A stretch of DNA of 64,000 bases. Origin: a virus (lineage: Duplodnaviria; Caudoviricetes). Shown one piece after another: positions 27,067 to 34,849 of this stretch. How positions within the stretch are numbered: the stretch's first letter is position 1; each line of letters starts with the position of its first letter. The translations under genes and the position numbers were made by a program. The notes below the pieces were generated by a model. It did not search any database. It worked only from the letters and a program-made list of their open reading frames with translations, and had not been told where the DNA came from. The stretch spans positions 13,056 through 77,055 of IMG/VR virus record IMGVR_UViG_3300027753_000007; one strand, given 5' to 3'.

Positions 27067-27819
27067 TTAACCAATGCGGAAAGGTATGCCGTCTCGCCCA
27101 GTTACAAAGTTCAATAGCTCTTGTTCTAATCTTTCCATTTCTGCTGTAGCATCTTGTTTTAGCTCATTGCCGTTTAGCGTAATCGAGCCGCCAGGACCAG
27201 GTAGGCCACTCGGGAATTTACTACGGGCTTCGCCTAGCATCTGCTTACACTTAGCCAGTGCAAAATCACGCACCCAAGGGCCAGTGTAGTCATCAGTTAG
27301 TATAATATCTGTCGGTTTGCGCATCCAAACCTTAGCTAGGACGTCTTCTTCTGCTTTAGGTCTGCGAACTAGACTCAGTTTGTGGGTTGAAGGTTCCCAC
27401 ATAAAGTTTAGTTCAGAACCAAACACCCTACCAATCGTCTCTTGGTATTGGGCAAAGAAGTCCCACGTAGCAAGACCACCTGTGCGGCCTGCTTGTAACA
27501 AATAGATGTTTGAGAACGCTGCCTCAAACGGATCAAAGTTTGTGCCGCCAGTGGAGTTAGCACCAACGCCTCTGCGATATAGCTTTTCTACTTCCTGCAC
27601 TTCGTCAGGCATGGTGTATACGTCTACGTCAGGTTGCATGGTGAAGAAAATATGAGATTCTTCTACGCCGCCTGTTGTCCTTTGACGGACACGTTCTACA
27701 GCCATATCAATAGCTAGATCATAATGCTCTGCATCTAGCTCAACCTCAACCATTTGCCCACCCAATAGTAGACGAATCTGACTGATTAATTTTGTTCTCG
27801 GTGTAATTGTAGCGGACAT
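27067..27819 (-). CDS. 13: Neck protein, T4 gp13-like
   Basis: LLLGG..VEVEL, WVRDFALAKCKQMLGEARSKF..LPGPGG..LNG. Confidence 0.85.
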   Translation of the reverse strand: MSATITPRTKLISQIRLLLGGQMVEVELDAEHYDLAIDMAVERVRQRTTGGVEESHIFFTMQPDVDVYTMPDEVQEVEKLYRRGVGANSTGGTNFDPFEAAFSNIYLLQAGRTGGLATWDFFAQYQETIGRVFGSELNFMWEPSTHKLSLVRRPKAEEDVLAKVWMRKPTDIILTDDYTGPWVRDFALAKCKQMLGEARSKFPSGLPGPGGSITLNGNELKQDATAEMERLEQELLNFVTGRDGIPFRIG

Positions 27820-27872
27820 AAATACCTCGTTCTGTTACAGGTATTTATCATTATCCATGCAATTACGGGCGG

Positions 27873-28331
27873 CTAATTGTGCGGTCTTGGTCGCGGGGTG
27901 TCGTCATTGTGACGGTCACGTGGGACTCGACGAGGATGCTTTTTGGGTGGTGGAGGTGGGGGTGGCACATGGCGGCGAGGTGGTGGGTGACGCGCTGGGG
28001 GTGGAGCAGGTGGCGGCACGTGGCGATATGGTGGCGGAGGGTGGCGTACAGGTGGTGGTGGCGGTGGTGTATGCCTGATTGGCGGTAGATCATAATAGCG
28101 GTGATGGACGTAATTCGGTGGGGCATAATAATAGCGGTAGCCCATATCACCGTACACTCTGTAACCATTGTAGTATGAATCGTTATAATAGCCTAAGGTA
28201 TAATGAATGTATCCTGTTGGATGAAGATGTGAACCGTATGAATGACCTGCGTGGTAATCTACTACGGTGTATTCCCAACCTGCACAACCTGATAATGTTA
28301 ATAATGCAAGAGCTATAAATAATTTACGCAT
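27873..28331 (-). CDS. Lipoprotein with Tyr/His-rich middle and Pro/His/Arg-rich tail
   Basis: MRKLFIALALLTLSGC lipobox; RH(V/P/T)PPP repeats. Confidence 0.75.
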   Translation of the reverse strand: MRKLFIALALLTLSGCAGWEYTVVDYHAGHSYGSHLHPTGYIHYTLGYYNDSYYNGYRVYGDMGYRYYYAPPNYVHHRYYDLPPIRHTPPPPPPVRHPPPPYRHVPPPAPPPARHPPPRRHVPPPPPPPKKHPRRVPRDRHNDDTPRPRPHN

Positions 28332-28395
28332 GTCCTTCTCCTTATGTTCTACTATTATTTACCATTATAGTAGCATAGAATTCCTTAACGTAACC

Positions 28396-28572
28396 TTAAC
28401 AGGTGCTCTTATTTATGGAAAAGTTTACTATATCTTTTTTGGCGATTCTGCCTTTTTCTTCGAAGAAAATATAGCTGCTTTTTGAATCTAAAAACTTGTC
28501 AACAAACACTGTTCCATCCTTTAGCTTGATGCGAACACGCTTTCCTTTGTACGTTGACGAGTGGGTGGTCAT
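28396..28572 (-). CDS. Small basic hypothetical protein
   Basis: MTTHSSTYKGKRVRIKLKDG; start overlaps the upstream stop. Confidence 0.55.
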   Translation of the reverse strand: MTTHSSTYKGKRVRIKLKDGTVFVDKFLDSKSSYIFFEEKGRIAKKDIVNFSINKSTC

Positions 28573-29069
28573 TATTGTGTCCACCCACAATCTTCGTCAA
28601 CCATTGCGCTTGTTTTATCGACCCAAGTTTCCCAGGATTCTATCTGCTTCGCGGTGCAAATTATTTCACCAGTGAGGCACACGTTCAGATTACGGATCAT
28701 CGTCTCTTTCATAAATTGTGATTGCTCGCACCTAGTCGTTGGACGGGTGTAACCGGAGCTAAGTTCATACTCGAGAGATGCCTGAGATACAAGCCACACC
28801 AGACCAATCAATGCCGTCAGCACAAAACCACCCAGTACCACATTATTACGGGTTGTAAGCTTGTGTGGTGTTTCGTCTGGCTTATCTTTACTGCCCACAA
28901 TGCTCATCCTTATCAGACCAACGCAGGTGCAAATCAAAAATAGAAAAACAACACCCCACCTTATAGGATTTGGCAACGCCATACCTAAGATCTTAGCCAC
29001 CGCACCTATTATTGTTATCGAGATTAGTGTGCTGGCAGCGTAAAAGAAGCCCTTCCAAAACTCGTTCAC
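28572..29069 (-). CDS. Membrane protein with about three TM segments
   Basis: Hydrophobic helices followed by a Cys-containing C-terminal domain; AGGAG RBS. Confidence 0.7.
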   Translation of the reverse strand: MNEFWKGFFYAASTLISITIIGAVAKILGMALPNPIRWGVVFLFLICTCVGLIRMSIVGSKDKPDETPHKLTTRNNVVLGGFVLTALIGLVWLVSQASLEYELSSGYTRPTTRCEQSQFMKETMIRNLNVCLTGEIICTAKQIESWETWVDKTSAMVDEDCGWTQ

Positions 29070-29078
29070 AACCCTCTC

Positions 29079-30230
29079 CTATTTTACAATCTTCAGGATT
29101 ATCATATCCGCGCTTGTGCGGGCCTTTAGCTTGTGATCGACTGCCTTGATGTCCTCAAAGAACGTGCGCAGGGCGACCTTGCCAGCCTTTTGGAACTCTT
29201 TCAACTGTTCCTTAGGCTTGCGCAAACTCTTGTTGCGAGACTTGTCTTCAGAGAAGTTGGTGATGCTCGAACCCTTAACACCGAGACCTGCATCGTCTGC
29301 TGCTACATAGCGTCCCAGCTTGCGATACTTGGTATTATAAATCCAAATCATCTGCGCGCCGACGATATCCCGCGGGTTGAGACTTGCAAGCCCAAGCTCA
29401 TCGTCTTTTTCCTTGTACTTCAGTTTCGCAACCAGTTTGTCCACGCTTACAGCCTTCTTCTTACGAGGAGCCTTCTGCGCCTTCTGTACTTTGACCGCAA
29501 CATTGACCGCAGTCATAATGCTTTCCAGCAATGCAATCATCTTCTTCAACTGCGCCTTGCTGAGGTTACTGTAGCCTTCCTTCAGGTCAGCGTCTTCACC
29601 AGCCAACGCTGCCTTCAATTCTTCGAGGTCGTCTTCGTAGAACTTTTTGATCCAGCGGGTGTGACCAGCCTTCAAGCCACCGACGGTGATGGCGGTCGTA
29701 GGATTCATCTTATCTGTAATATTTGCCTTCGGGTCAGTAGCCAGCATGTCTAACCAACCGTCAAATTCTTGCGCCACGCTTGCGGCCTGGTCGCGCATCC
29801 GATCTTGGATCGTAGCCTTCGGACGAGAGCTAACAACCTTACTAGCCGCCTTAGCAGCCGCTTTCTGTTCAGCGCGGATTGCCCGTGCCCGAACCATCAG
29901 TCGTTCGATGCCTGCGGGGAAGCCCACTGCGAAACTCTCAGGCAGTTCGCCACCAGCGTTAATAATCAGCGCCAGCTTGCCCACAGTCTGAAAATCCTTG
30001 TCACTAAGCAAACCCAAAAGCTTGTGATCCAGCTTCTGAGCCTTGGCGTATTTGAGCATTTCCTTCTTCAGTTGCTTGTCAGCAACGTCATACTGGGCGT
30101 AATGCAATGCGCCGTAGAAGAGGCGCGTAAAGTCTTTGTTAGTGGATACCACATTGGAGAGATCGGGACCTACTAGAATCTTCCGACCTTTCGCTTTCAA
30201 ACCTTTCTTCTTACGTCTTAATGAGATCAT
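29079..30230 (-). CDS. Basic hypothetical early protein
   Basis: 383 aa, first gene after a strong sigma70 promoter; GC-rich codon usage. Confidence 0.75.
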   Translation of the reverse strand: MISLRRKKKGLKAKGRKILVGPDLSNVVSTNKDFTRLFYGALHYAQYDVADKQLKKEMLKYAKAQKLDHKLLGLLSDKDFQTVGKLALIINAGGELPESFAVGFPAGIERLMVRARAIRAEQKAAAKAASKVVSSRPKATIQDRMRDQAASVAQEFDGWLDMLATDPKANITDKMNPTTAITVGGLKAGHTRWIKKFYEDDLEELKAALAGEDADLKEGYSNLSKAQLKKMIALLESIMTAVNVAVKVQKAQKAPRKKKAVSVDKLVAKLKYKEKDDELGLASLNPRDIVGAQMIWIYNTKYRKLGRYVAADDAGLGVKGSSITNFSEDKSRNKSLRKPKEQLKEFQKAGKVALRTFFEDIKAVDHKLKARTSADMIILKIVK

Positions 30231-30260
30231 TGTGTCTGTTCCTTTGCTAACTATACCTAT

Positions 30261-30289
30261 ATTATACGATAAGATGACCCAAATGTCAA
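30261..30289 (-). promoter_or_regulatory. Sigma70-type promoter
   Basis: TTGACA-17-TATAAT; near-duplicate of the promoter at 48484. Confidence 0.85.
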
Positions 30290-30307
30290 GAACAAAGTTC
30301 CTAACAA

Positions 30308-30508
30308 AATCAATAACTTATAAAAAAATGAATGAGGTAACCTATTGAATTATATAGGGTTCTCACACCGAGAATCAAAGACTTACATCGATCTGGAAAA
30401 CCTAGCAGCACACTGATGCACGATCCGTAATAGAATCGCACAGAGCGCACTCCTAGTATCAGAATCAAAGACTTACGTGTTCCTGTGCAGCCCTAAATCA
30501 AAGACTTA
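30308..30508 (+). promoter_or_regulatory. Four IHF-consensus boxes
   Basis: AATCAATAACTTA at 30308; AATCAAAGACTTA at 30373, 30463 and 30496. Confidence 0.65.
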
Positions 30509-31159
30509 CTTCTTGTTTCGCTTGCTCTTAGGTTTACGCTTGTAAACGGTGTCAAGGCCAGGTTTGCCCCAATCGTCAATGCCTAGTAATTCAACAACCT
30601 CATATCCAAGCTCAAACAAGAATTCTGCGGCCACCTTGTCTTTTTCTGGATGGATTGTCTCCAACACAATGACGGGGGAGCAGCGGTCGATTAATTCCTT
30701 GCCGCCTTGTAACGCTTCTAGCTCATGACCTTCCACGTCCAAATGTATCAGTCCAACATCACCAATCAAGTCATCCATCAAAATTACATGGAAATCATCT
30801 CCTGGTGTTACGAAGAAGCCGCCGCTATTGGTTCGGTCAGCGGTATACATATTTACACGCTTACGCTTGTTGCTGAAGCATGCCTGTATTTTGGTTACGT
30901 TTTCTTCATGGACGTTTGTTGTGAGACAAAAGAAGTTTCTACCTTGCGGTTCAACTGCATAAATATGTCTAAACATATATGCATACTGTTTCGTATAGAT
31001 ACCAGCGTGGGCTCCAGCATGGATGCATGTGTCAAAGTTACTGACATGTTTCCTTATCCGCTGCGGCAAATCCATTTCGTTATTTAGCCACATCCACGCA
31101 CCAATATCATCTTTTGGCCAAACCCAACTATCTCTCATCTCTACATCATGTTTATACAT
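30506..31159 (-). CDS. FkbM-family SAM-dependent methyltransferase
   Basis: CIHAGAHAG, YAVEPQ..NF, LIHLDVEGHE..ALQG, PVIVLE; GGAGG RBS supports the start at 31159. Confidence 0.85.
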   Translation of the reverse strand: MYKHDVEMRDSWVWPKDDIGAWMWLNNEMDLPQRIRKHVSNFDTCIHAGAHAGIYTKQYAYMFRHIYAVEPQGRNFFCLTTNVHEENVTKIQACFSNKRKRVNMYTADRTNSGGFFVTPGDDFHVILMDDLIGDVGLIHLDVEGHELEALQGGKELIDRCSPVIVLETIHPEKDKVAAEFLFELGYEVVELLGIDDWGKPGLDTVYKRKPKSKRNKK

Positions 31160-31209
31160 TGTTATCCTCCGTGTGTATTTACTATATATGGAGTCCAAGC
31201 GACACTGAA

Positions 31210-31228
31210 AAAGGGCATTTCTGCCCTC
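31210..31228 (-). terminator. Intrinsic terminator closing the NAD/radical SAM operon
   Basis: AGGGCA-gaaa-TGCCCT followed by a T tract on the minus strand. Confidence 0.8.
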
Positions 31229-31242
31229 GTTCAGCCAAGATG

Positions 31243-31392
31243 TTAGTCTTCCTGGGTTTCTAGTGCTTCTGTAACCAGGCACATCTGTCCGCAGGCGGCA
31301 CCTGCTTGGACTTCGGCTTCGGTTGCGATTGCTACTGCACCTTCAAAACCAGCTTCTTCAATTTCATTCACAATTTCATTTACCTGTTTCAT
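31243..31392 (-). CDS. 49-aa acidic peptide carrying the RlmN C-terminal AACGQ motif (not in the ORF track)
   Basis: MKQVNEIVNEIEEAGFEGAVAIATEAEVQAGAACGQMCLVTEALETQED; own AAGGAG RBS. Confidence 0.8.
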   Translation of the reverse strand: MKQVNEIVNEIEEAGFEGAVAIATEAEVQAGAACGQMCLVTEALETQED

Positions 31393-31402
31393 TTCATTCT
31401 CC

Positions 31403-32263
31403 TTAGATTGTGTTCTCGTATGTAAATAATGTCTTCAATGAATTTTCATCGGAGACAGGGTTTTCGTTTATTGGCGACACCTTAATGAACACGGTCTTAG
31501 GATCAAACTGTGTTCTTAGGTGGTTGGCGTCAAATGGTGTGCCTTCAGCAAGAGCAAAATTCAGCGTTGCTTTCCAAGGGCGGTTTGGGAACCTGTAGTA
31601 CCAAGATGCTGCCAACTTGCCAATGTCTTCATTGGACATAACTGTAATAGACTGTAGCCACTTGCGGTATTCGTCGTCTGTGCTGTGGATACTAAATTGC
31701 AGCTCTAACCAATCGTTTCCGTATATTTCTTCAAGCACCATCAATTGATCTACCAGTTCTACTGACCTTGGAATACCAATAGTGGAAACTTGGATGCGAG
31801 CTTTCGGGAACATTACCTTGATGCGATTAACTGCCTGCACAACTTCATCTATGTTCATCGCAGGCTCGCCCATCCTCGTAAACAACACCCTAAAAATTCC
31901 GCTGTCGTTTGGATCAAGACCACCGTTGATCTTTTGTGCTTCCGCAATCGCATACGTTACTTGGTCTACCATTTCTTGGGCAGTAAGATTACGCCAGTGT
32001 TGCTTATCCGTCAAGCGGTTGACCGCACAAAATTTGCATTTGATTGGGCAACCAGACTGTGTGCTAATGCCTACCGTCCACTTCTCCTTCCAGTTTTGAA
32101 TCGAGAAGGCATTAGCATCCACTTTGTTGTCTTTGCGGTGGGTATTACGCACCTCAGTTTGACCAGGTAAGCAGGTCGAGGTTGTTTCAATCAGCAAATT
32201 GTCATTCAATTGCACAACTGATACAAAACCGTTTGTGAACTGTTTTGTTTTTAGAGCGTTCAT
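31403..32263 (-). CDS. RlmN/Cfr-like radical SAM protein, C-terminally truncated
   Basis: STQSGCPIKCKFC (CxxxCxxC), RNLTAQEMVDQV, MGEP, VSTIG, FSIHS; no AACGQ; TVGIS where RlmN has TLCVS. Confidence 0.85.
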   Translation of the reverse strand: MNALKTKQFTNGFVSVVQLNDNLLIETTSTCLPGQTEVRNTHRKDNKVDANAFSIQNWKEKWTVGISTQSGCPIKCKFCAVNRLTDKQHWRNLTAQEMVDQVTYAIAEAQKINGGLDPNDSGIFRVLFTRMGEPAMNIDEVVQAVNRIKVMFPKARIQVSTIGIPRSVELVDQLMVLEEIYGNDWLELQFSIHSTDDEYRKWLQSITVMSNEDIGKLAASWYYRFPNRPWKATLNFALAEGTPFDANHLRTQFDPKTVFIKVSPINENPVSDENSLKTLFTYENTI

Positions 32264-33765
32264 TACGCCACCTCGCTTTCAACCTTTGCAGTGTGTACAC
32301 GTTCCTCAGGCAGTTTTGCGTTTTCGCGCACCTGCTCAAAGTTCATGTCTCGCACAAGCTTGCCATGATCGTATACAGTCTCAAGCATTGCCTTGTAACC
32401 GTCAGCTACGTATTCAGCAACTTCCTCAACTCGCACTGTCTTGTAGTCTGTACCGTTGTACAGCAATTCCAAGCGACCAGCTTTGGACTTCTTAAAACTT
32501 GAAGCGAGGGGCTTCCAGCTTGTTGCATCGTAGATAGTCGGATCTTTGTACACATCATGCCACACACCGTCAACATGAACCGCGCAAGCCTTCATCGCAA
32601 ACTTGAGGGTGTCCCTGTTATTTTTTTGCAGCAAGCCGCCGCCCATACCAAACGCAATGTTGCTAATGCTAAACTGTTCAGCTTCCAGCTTCTCAACAAT
32701 TGCTCGCACATCGTTAATGTCAATGCCGTCACCTTGGATCACGCGCACACCGTCAAGAACTTTAAAGCCTTTCTTGTTGTACGTAAATCCAAAGATCCTG
32801 GACAACCTGCGCACCAATTCGACAGGGGTCTCAACTGCATCGCCGCTGTCAGGACGGATGACCCAAGTCGCGCCGCTTTCGCGTAACTGCTTCTTAAACT
32901 TGGGAGCAATCGTTTCCACAAAGTTCATAATGTCGTAACTGTCAGCGACCGTAGCGAAAATTGCGCCAGGTTTTGCAAAGTTGTCAAACATACGCTGCAC
33001 CAGTGCCTCTTCGCCGTGGCGTCCAAAGCTTGTGGTCGTGCTATGTTCTGTAGCAGGAATGCTGTAGCCAGCCATTTGCGTGTTATAGCCGATGTTCGCA
33101 GCCATAATACCCACTGTCGTATCGCTTCCGAGGAAGTTTACAAGGTGAGCAGCACCTGCAAATGCAGCGGTTTCCAAACTACTCACACCACGTGAACCAA
33201 AGTCATGCAGTTTAAAACCGATTTCTGCATCAGCGTCGTCGGCTGTGCGCTTCAGTGCGTTGTAGATGATCTTTTTAATGTGGTAGGATGTCGTTGCAAC
33301 CGTTGTAGGTGACCAGAGCCTCATCAGCTTGGTTTCCATGTATGTGACCAGCGAGAATACGCGCGGATCTTCCACGGTCGTCTCAACTGTCACCAACACG
33401 TTGCCCGTAGGAACCACTGTGCCTTCTTGGACTGCTTTGATTCGCAGCGGCATGTAGCCGTCGTAGTCGTCAACTACTGCTCGTAGCGCAACCTCAAGCT
33501 TGTCAATTTCTACACCAAATAGGTGTTCACGCTGGAAGGCGATGATGTTGTCCACTTGTTTGTGGGTCATTCTTTCCAGGAAGTATTCTTTGAGGATTAG
33601 CTGCAATCCGAAGAATACCACTTCTTTATAATCGCCGCCTCTGCTCTCAATGTAGCTCATCAGCTTGTCAGCACCTTCTACATACTGTGCAGGGTGCGAA
33701 AATTTGTAGCTGTCTGTATCGCCAGCAACGCCATATGTTTCTCTAATTTCATTTAAAATGCTCAT
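32263..33765 (-). CDS. nadV: Nicotinamide phosphoribosyltransferase (NAMPT)
   Basis: DTDSYKFSH, LHDFGSRG, SIPATEHS, DSYD, IRPDSGD, IQGDG, FGMGGGLLQ. Confidence 0.95.
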   Translation of the reverse strand: MSILNEIRETYGVAGDTDSYKFSHPAQYVEGADKLMSYIESRGGDYKEVVFFGLQLILKEYFLERMTHKQVDNIIAFQREHLFGVEIDKLEVALRAVVDDYDGYMPLRIKAVQEGTVVPTGNVLVTVETTVEDPRVFSLVTYMETKLMRLWSPTTVATTSYHIKKIIYNALKRTADDADAEIGFKLHDFGSRGVSSLETAAFAGAAHLVNFLGSDTTVGIMAANIGYNTQMAGYSIPATEHSTTTSFGRHGEEALVQRMFDNFAKPGAIFATVADSYDIMNFVETIAPKFKKQLRESGATWVIRPDSGDAVETPVELVRRLSRIFGFTYNKKGFKVLDGVRVIQGDGIDINDVRAIVEKLEAEQFSISNIAFGMGGGLLQKNNRDTLKFAMKACAVHVDGVWHDVYKDPTIYDATSWKPLASSFKKSKAGRLELLYNGTDYKTVRVEEVAEYVADGYKAMLETVYDHGKLVRDMNFEQVRENAKLPEERVHTAKVESEVA

Positions 33766-33795
33766 TGTAAACTCCTTACAAATATGCCTGTTCTA

Positions 33796-33993
33796 TTACA
33801 GGGCTTTTACGTTACCTAATTCAACTTTCACTTCAACATTTTTAAACGTTGCTATTGTCTGCTCGCTACGTTCAGGATATGTCATTCCTACGTTAATACT
33901 AACACCTAACGTTTTAAGACCTTGCGCATTATAGTGGGCTTCAATAATCTTCGTTAGCTGTTCTTTGCTTACTACAATTGTTGCAATAGTCAT
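33796..33993 (-). CDS. Small hypothetical protein
   Basis: Operonic overlap with neighbours. Confidence 0.6.
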   Translation of the reverse strand: MTIATIVVSKEQLTKIIEAHYNAQGLKTLGVSINVGMTYPERSEQTIATFKNVEVKVELGNVKAL

Positions 33994-34517
33994 TTCTGTT
34001 CTCCTTTCTCATGTTCTAATATATGCTTTTCGCCAAGCTCTATAATTGCTGCGCGCCGCGCATCACTTAAATCTGTTGGAGATATTGCAAAATCTACGTG
34101 GGATACAAAAACACTGAATACACCGTGTTCATCTCGTTGCCAATGTCCGCGATGAATTCGATATGCACAGTATTCTTGCACCTCATCATATTCAGTTCCG
34201 TCTGGACGAACCTTTCTTTCTACAATTGGCTTCGGAATATTTACGATGAATCTTATGACTGAACCTGGCTCACACATCTTCGACATTACTTCGTGACCAG
34301 CCTCAACCGAATCGTACGTTGGAAGCGTTAACCATTGCAAAAGGCGTAAATACTTCGCTAACTTTTCGCCGCTTGTCTCGGTTAATCCTAGAACCGCGGC
34401 TTCTGCTTCTGTCCAGCGTTTTGCAGTAGCATCATCAACTCCGTGCAAATGCCGCATGAGGTGTGCCTGATTCTTCATAAAAGTTTTTAGTTCTTGTACG
34501 TTCATTTCTTGCTCCAC
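33990..34517 (-). CDS. Hypothetical protein
   Basis: Operonic overlap with neighbours. Confidence 0.65.
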   Translation of the reverse strand: MEQEMNVQELKTFMKNQAHLMRHLHGVDDATAKRWTEAEAAVLGLTETSGEKLAKYLRLLQWLTLPTYDSVEAGHEVMSKMCEPGSVIRFIVNIPKPIVERKVRPDGTEYDEVQEYCAYRIHRGHWQRDEHGVFSVFVSHVDFAISPTDLSDARRAAIIELGEKHILEHEKGEQK

Positions 34518-34849
34518 GTATATTGACTGGGATTCTGCGCTTCCAATATTAGTTGCATTTCTACTTCGCGAGCCTTACGTTCTGCTTGCTTCTGTCCCTC
34601 AGTCTTAAACAATGTGTCTGTGGTGTTTGCCAAATTGTGTTTAAAATATAGCTTGTCAGCTTCACGCCTCGTAGCAAACACTTCTTCCTTCTTCCAACGT
34701 TCCAAGCTTCCTTGCATTACGTTGTCGTTAATATGCATCATCAGTTTGTATTCTTTCAATATGCTACGTATGTTCGTAGTGTGACCTACCACACGTGCCT
34801 TAACTACACCAAGTGCCGTCACTGCATATACCGTTTCACCAAATCTCAT
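34502..34849 (-). CDS. Hypothetical protein
   Basis: ATGA coupling to the NMNAT-Nudix gene. Confidence 0.65.
   Translation of the reverse strand: MRFGETVYAVTALGVVKARVVGHTTNIRSILKEYKLMMHINDNVMQGSLERWKKEEVFATRREADKLYFKHNLANTTDTLFKTEGQKQAERKAREVEMQLILEAQNPSQYTWSKK

Noticed and set aside
27857-28318. Several alternative-frame and antisense ORFs over the Pro-rich lipoprotein gene
   Set aside because: By-products of low-complexity CCA/CCG codons; no SD or recognisable motifs
30300-30510. CRISPR-like or iteron array from the AATCAAAGACTTAC repeats
   Set aside because: Repeats are only 13-14 bp, irregularly spaced (65, 90, 33 bp), and no cas genes are present
31160-31282. N-terminal extension of the FkbM ORF in the track
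   Set aside because: It spans a terminator and overlaps the 49-aa peptide gene; the ATG at 31159 has a GGAGG SD
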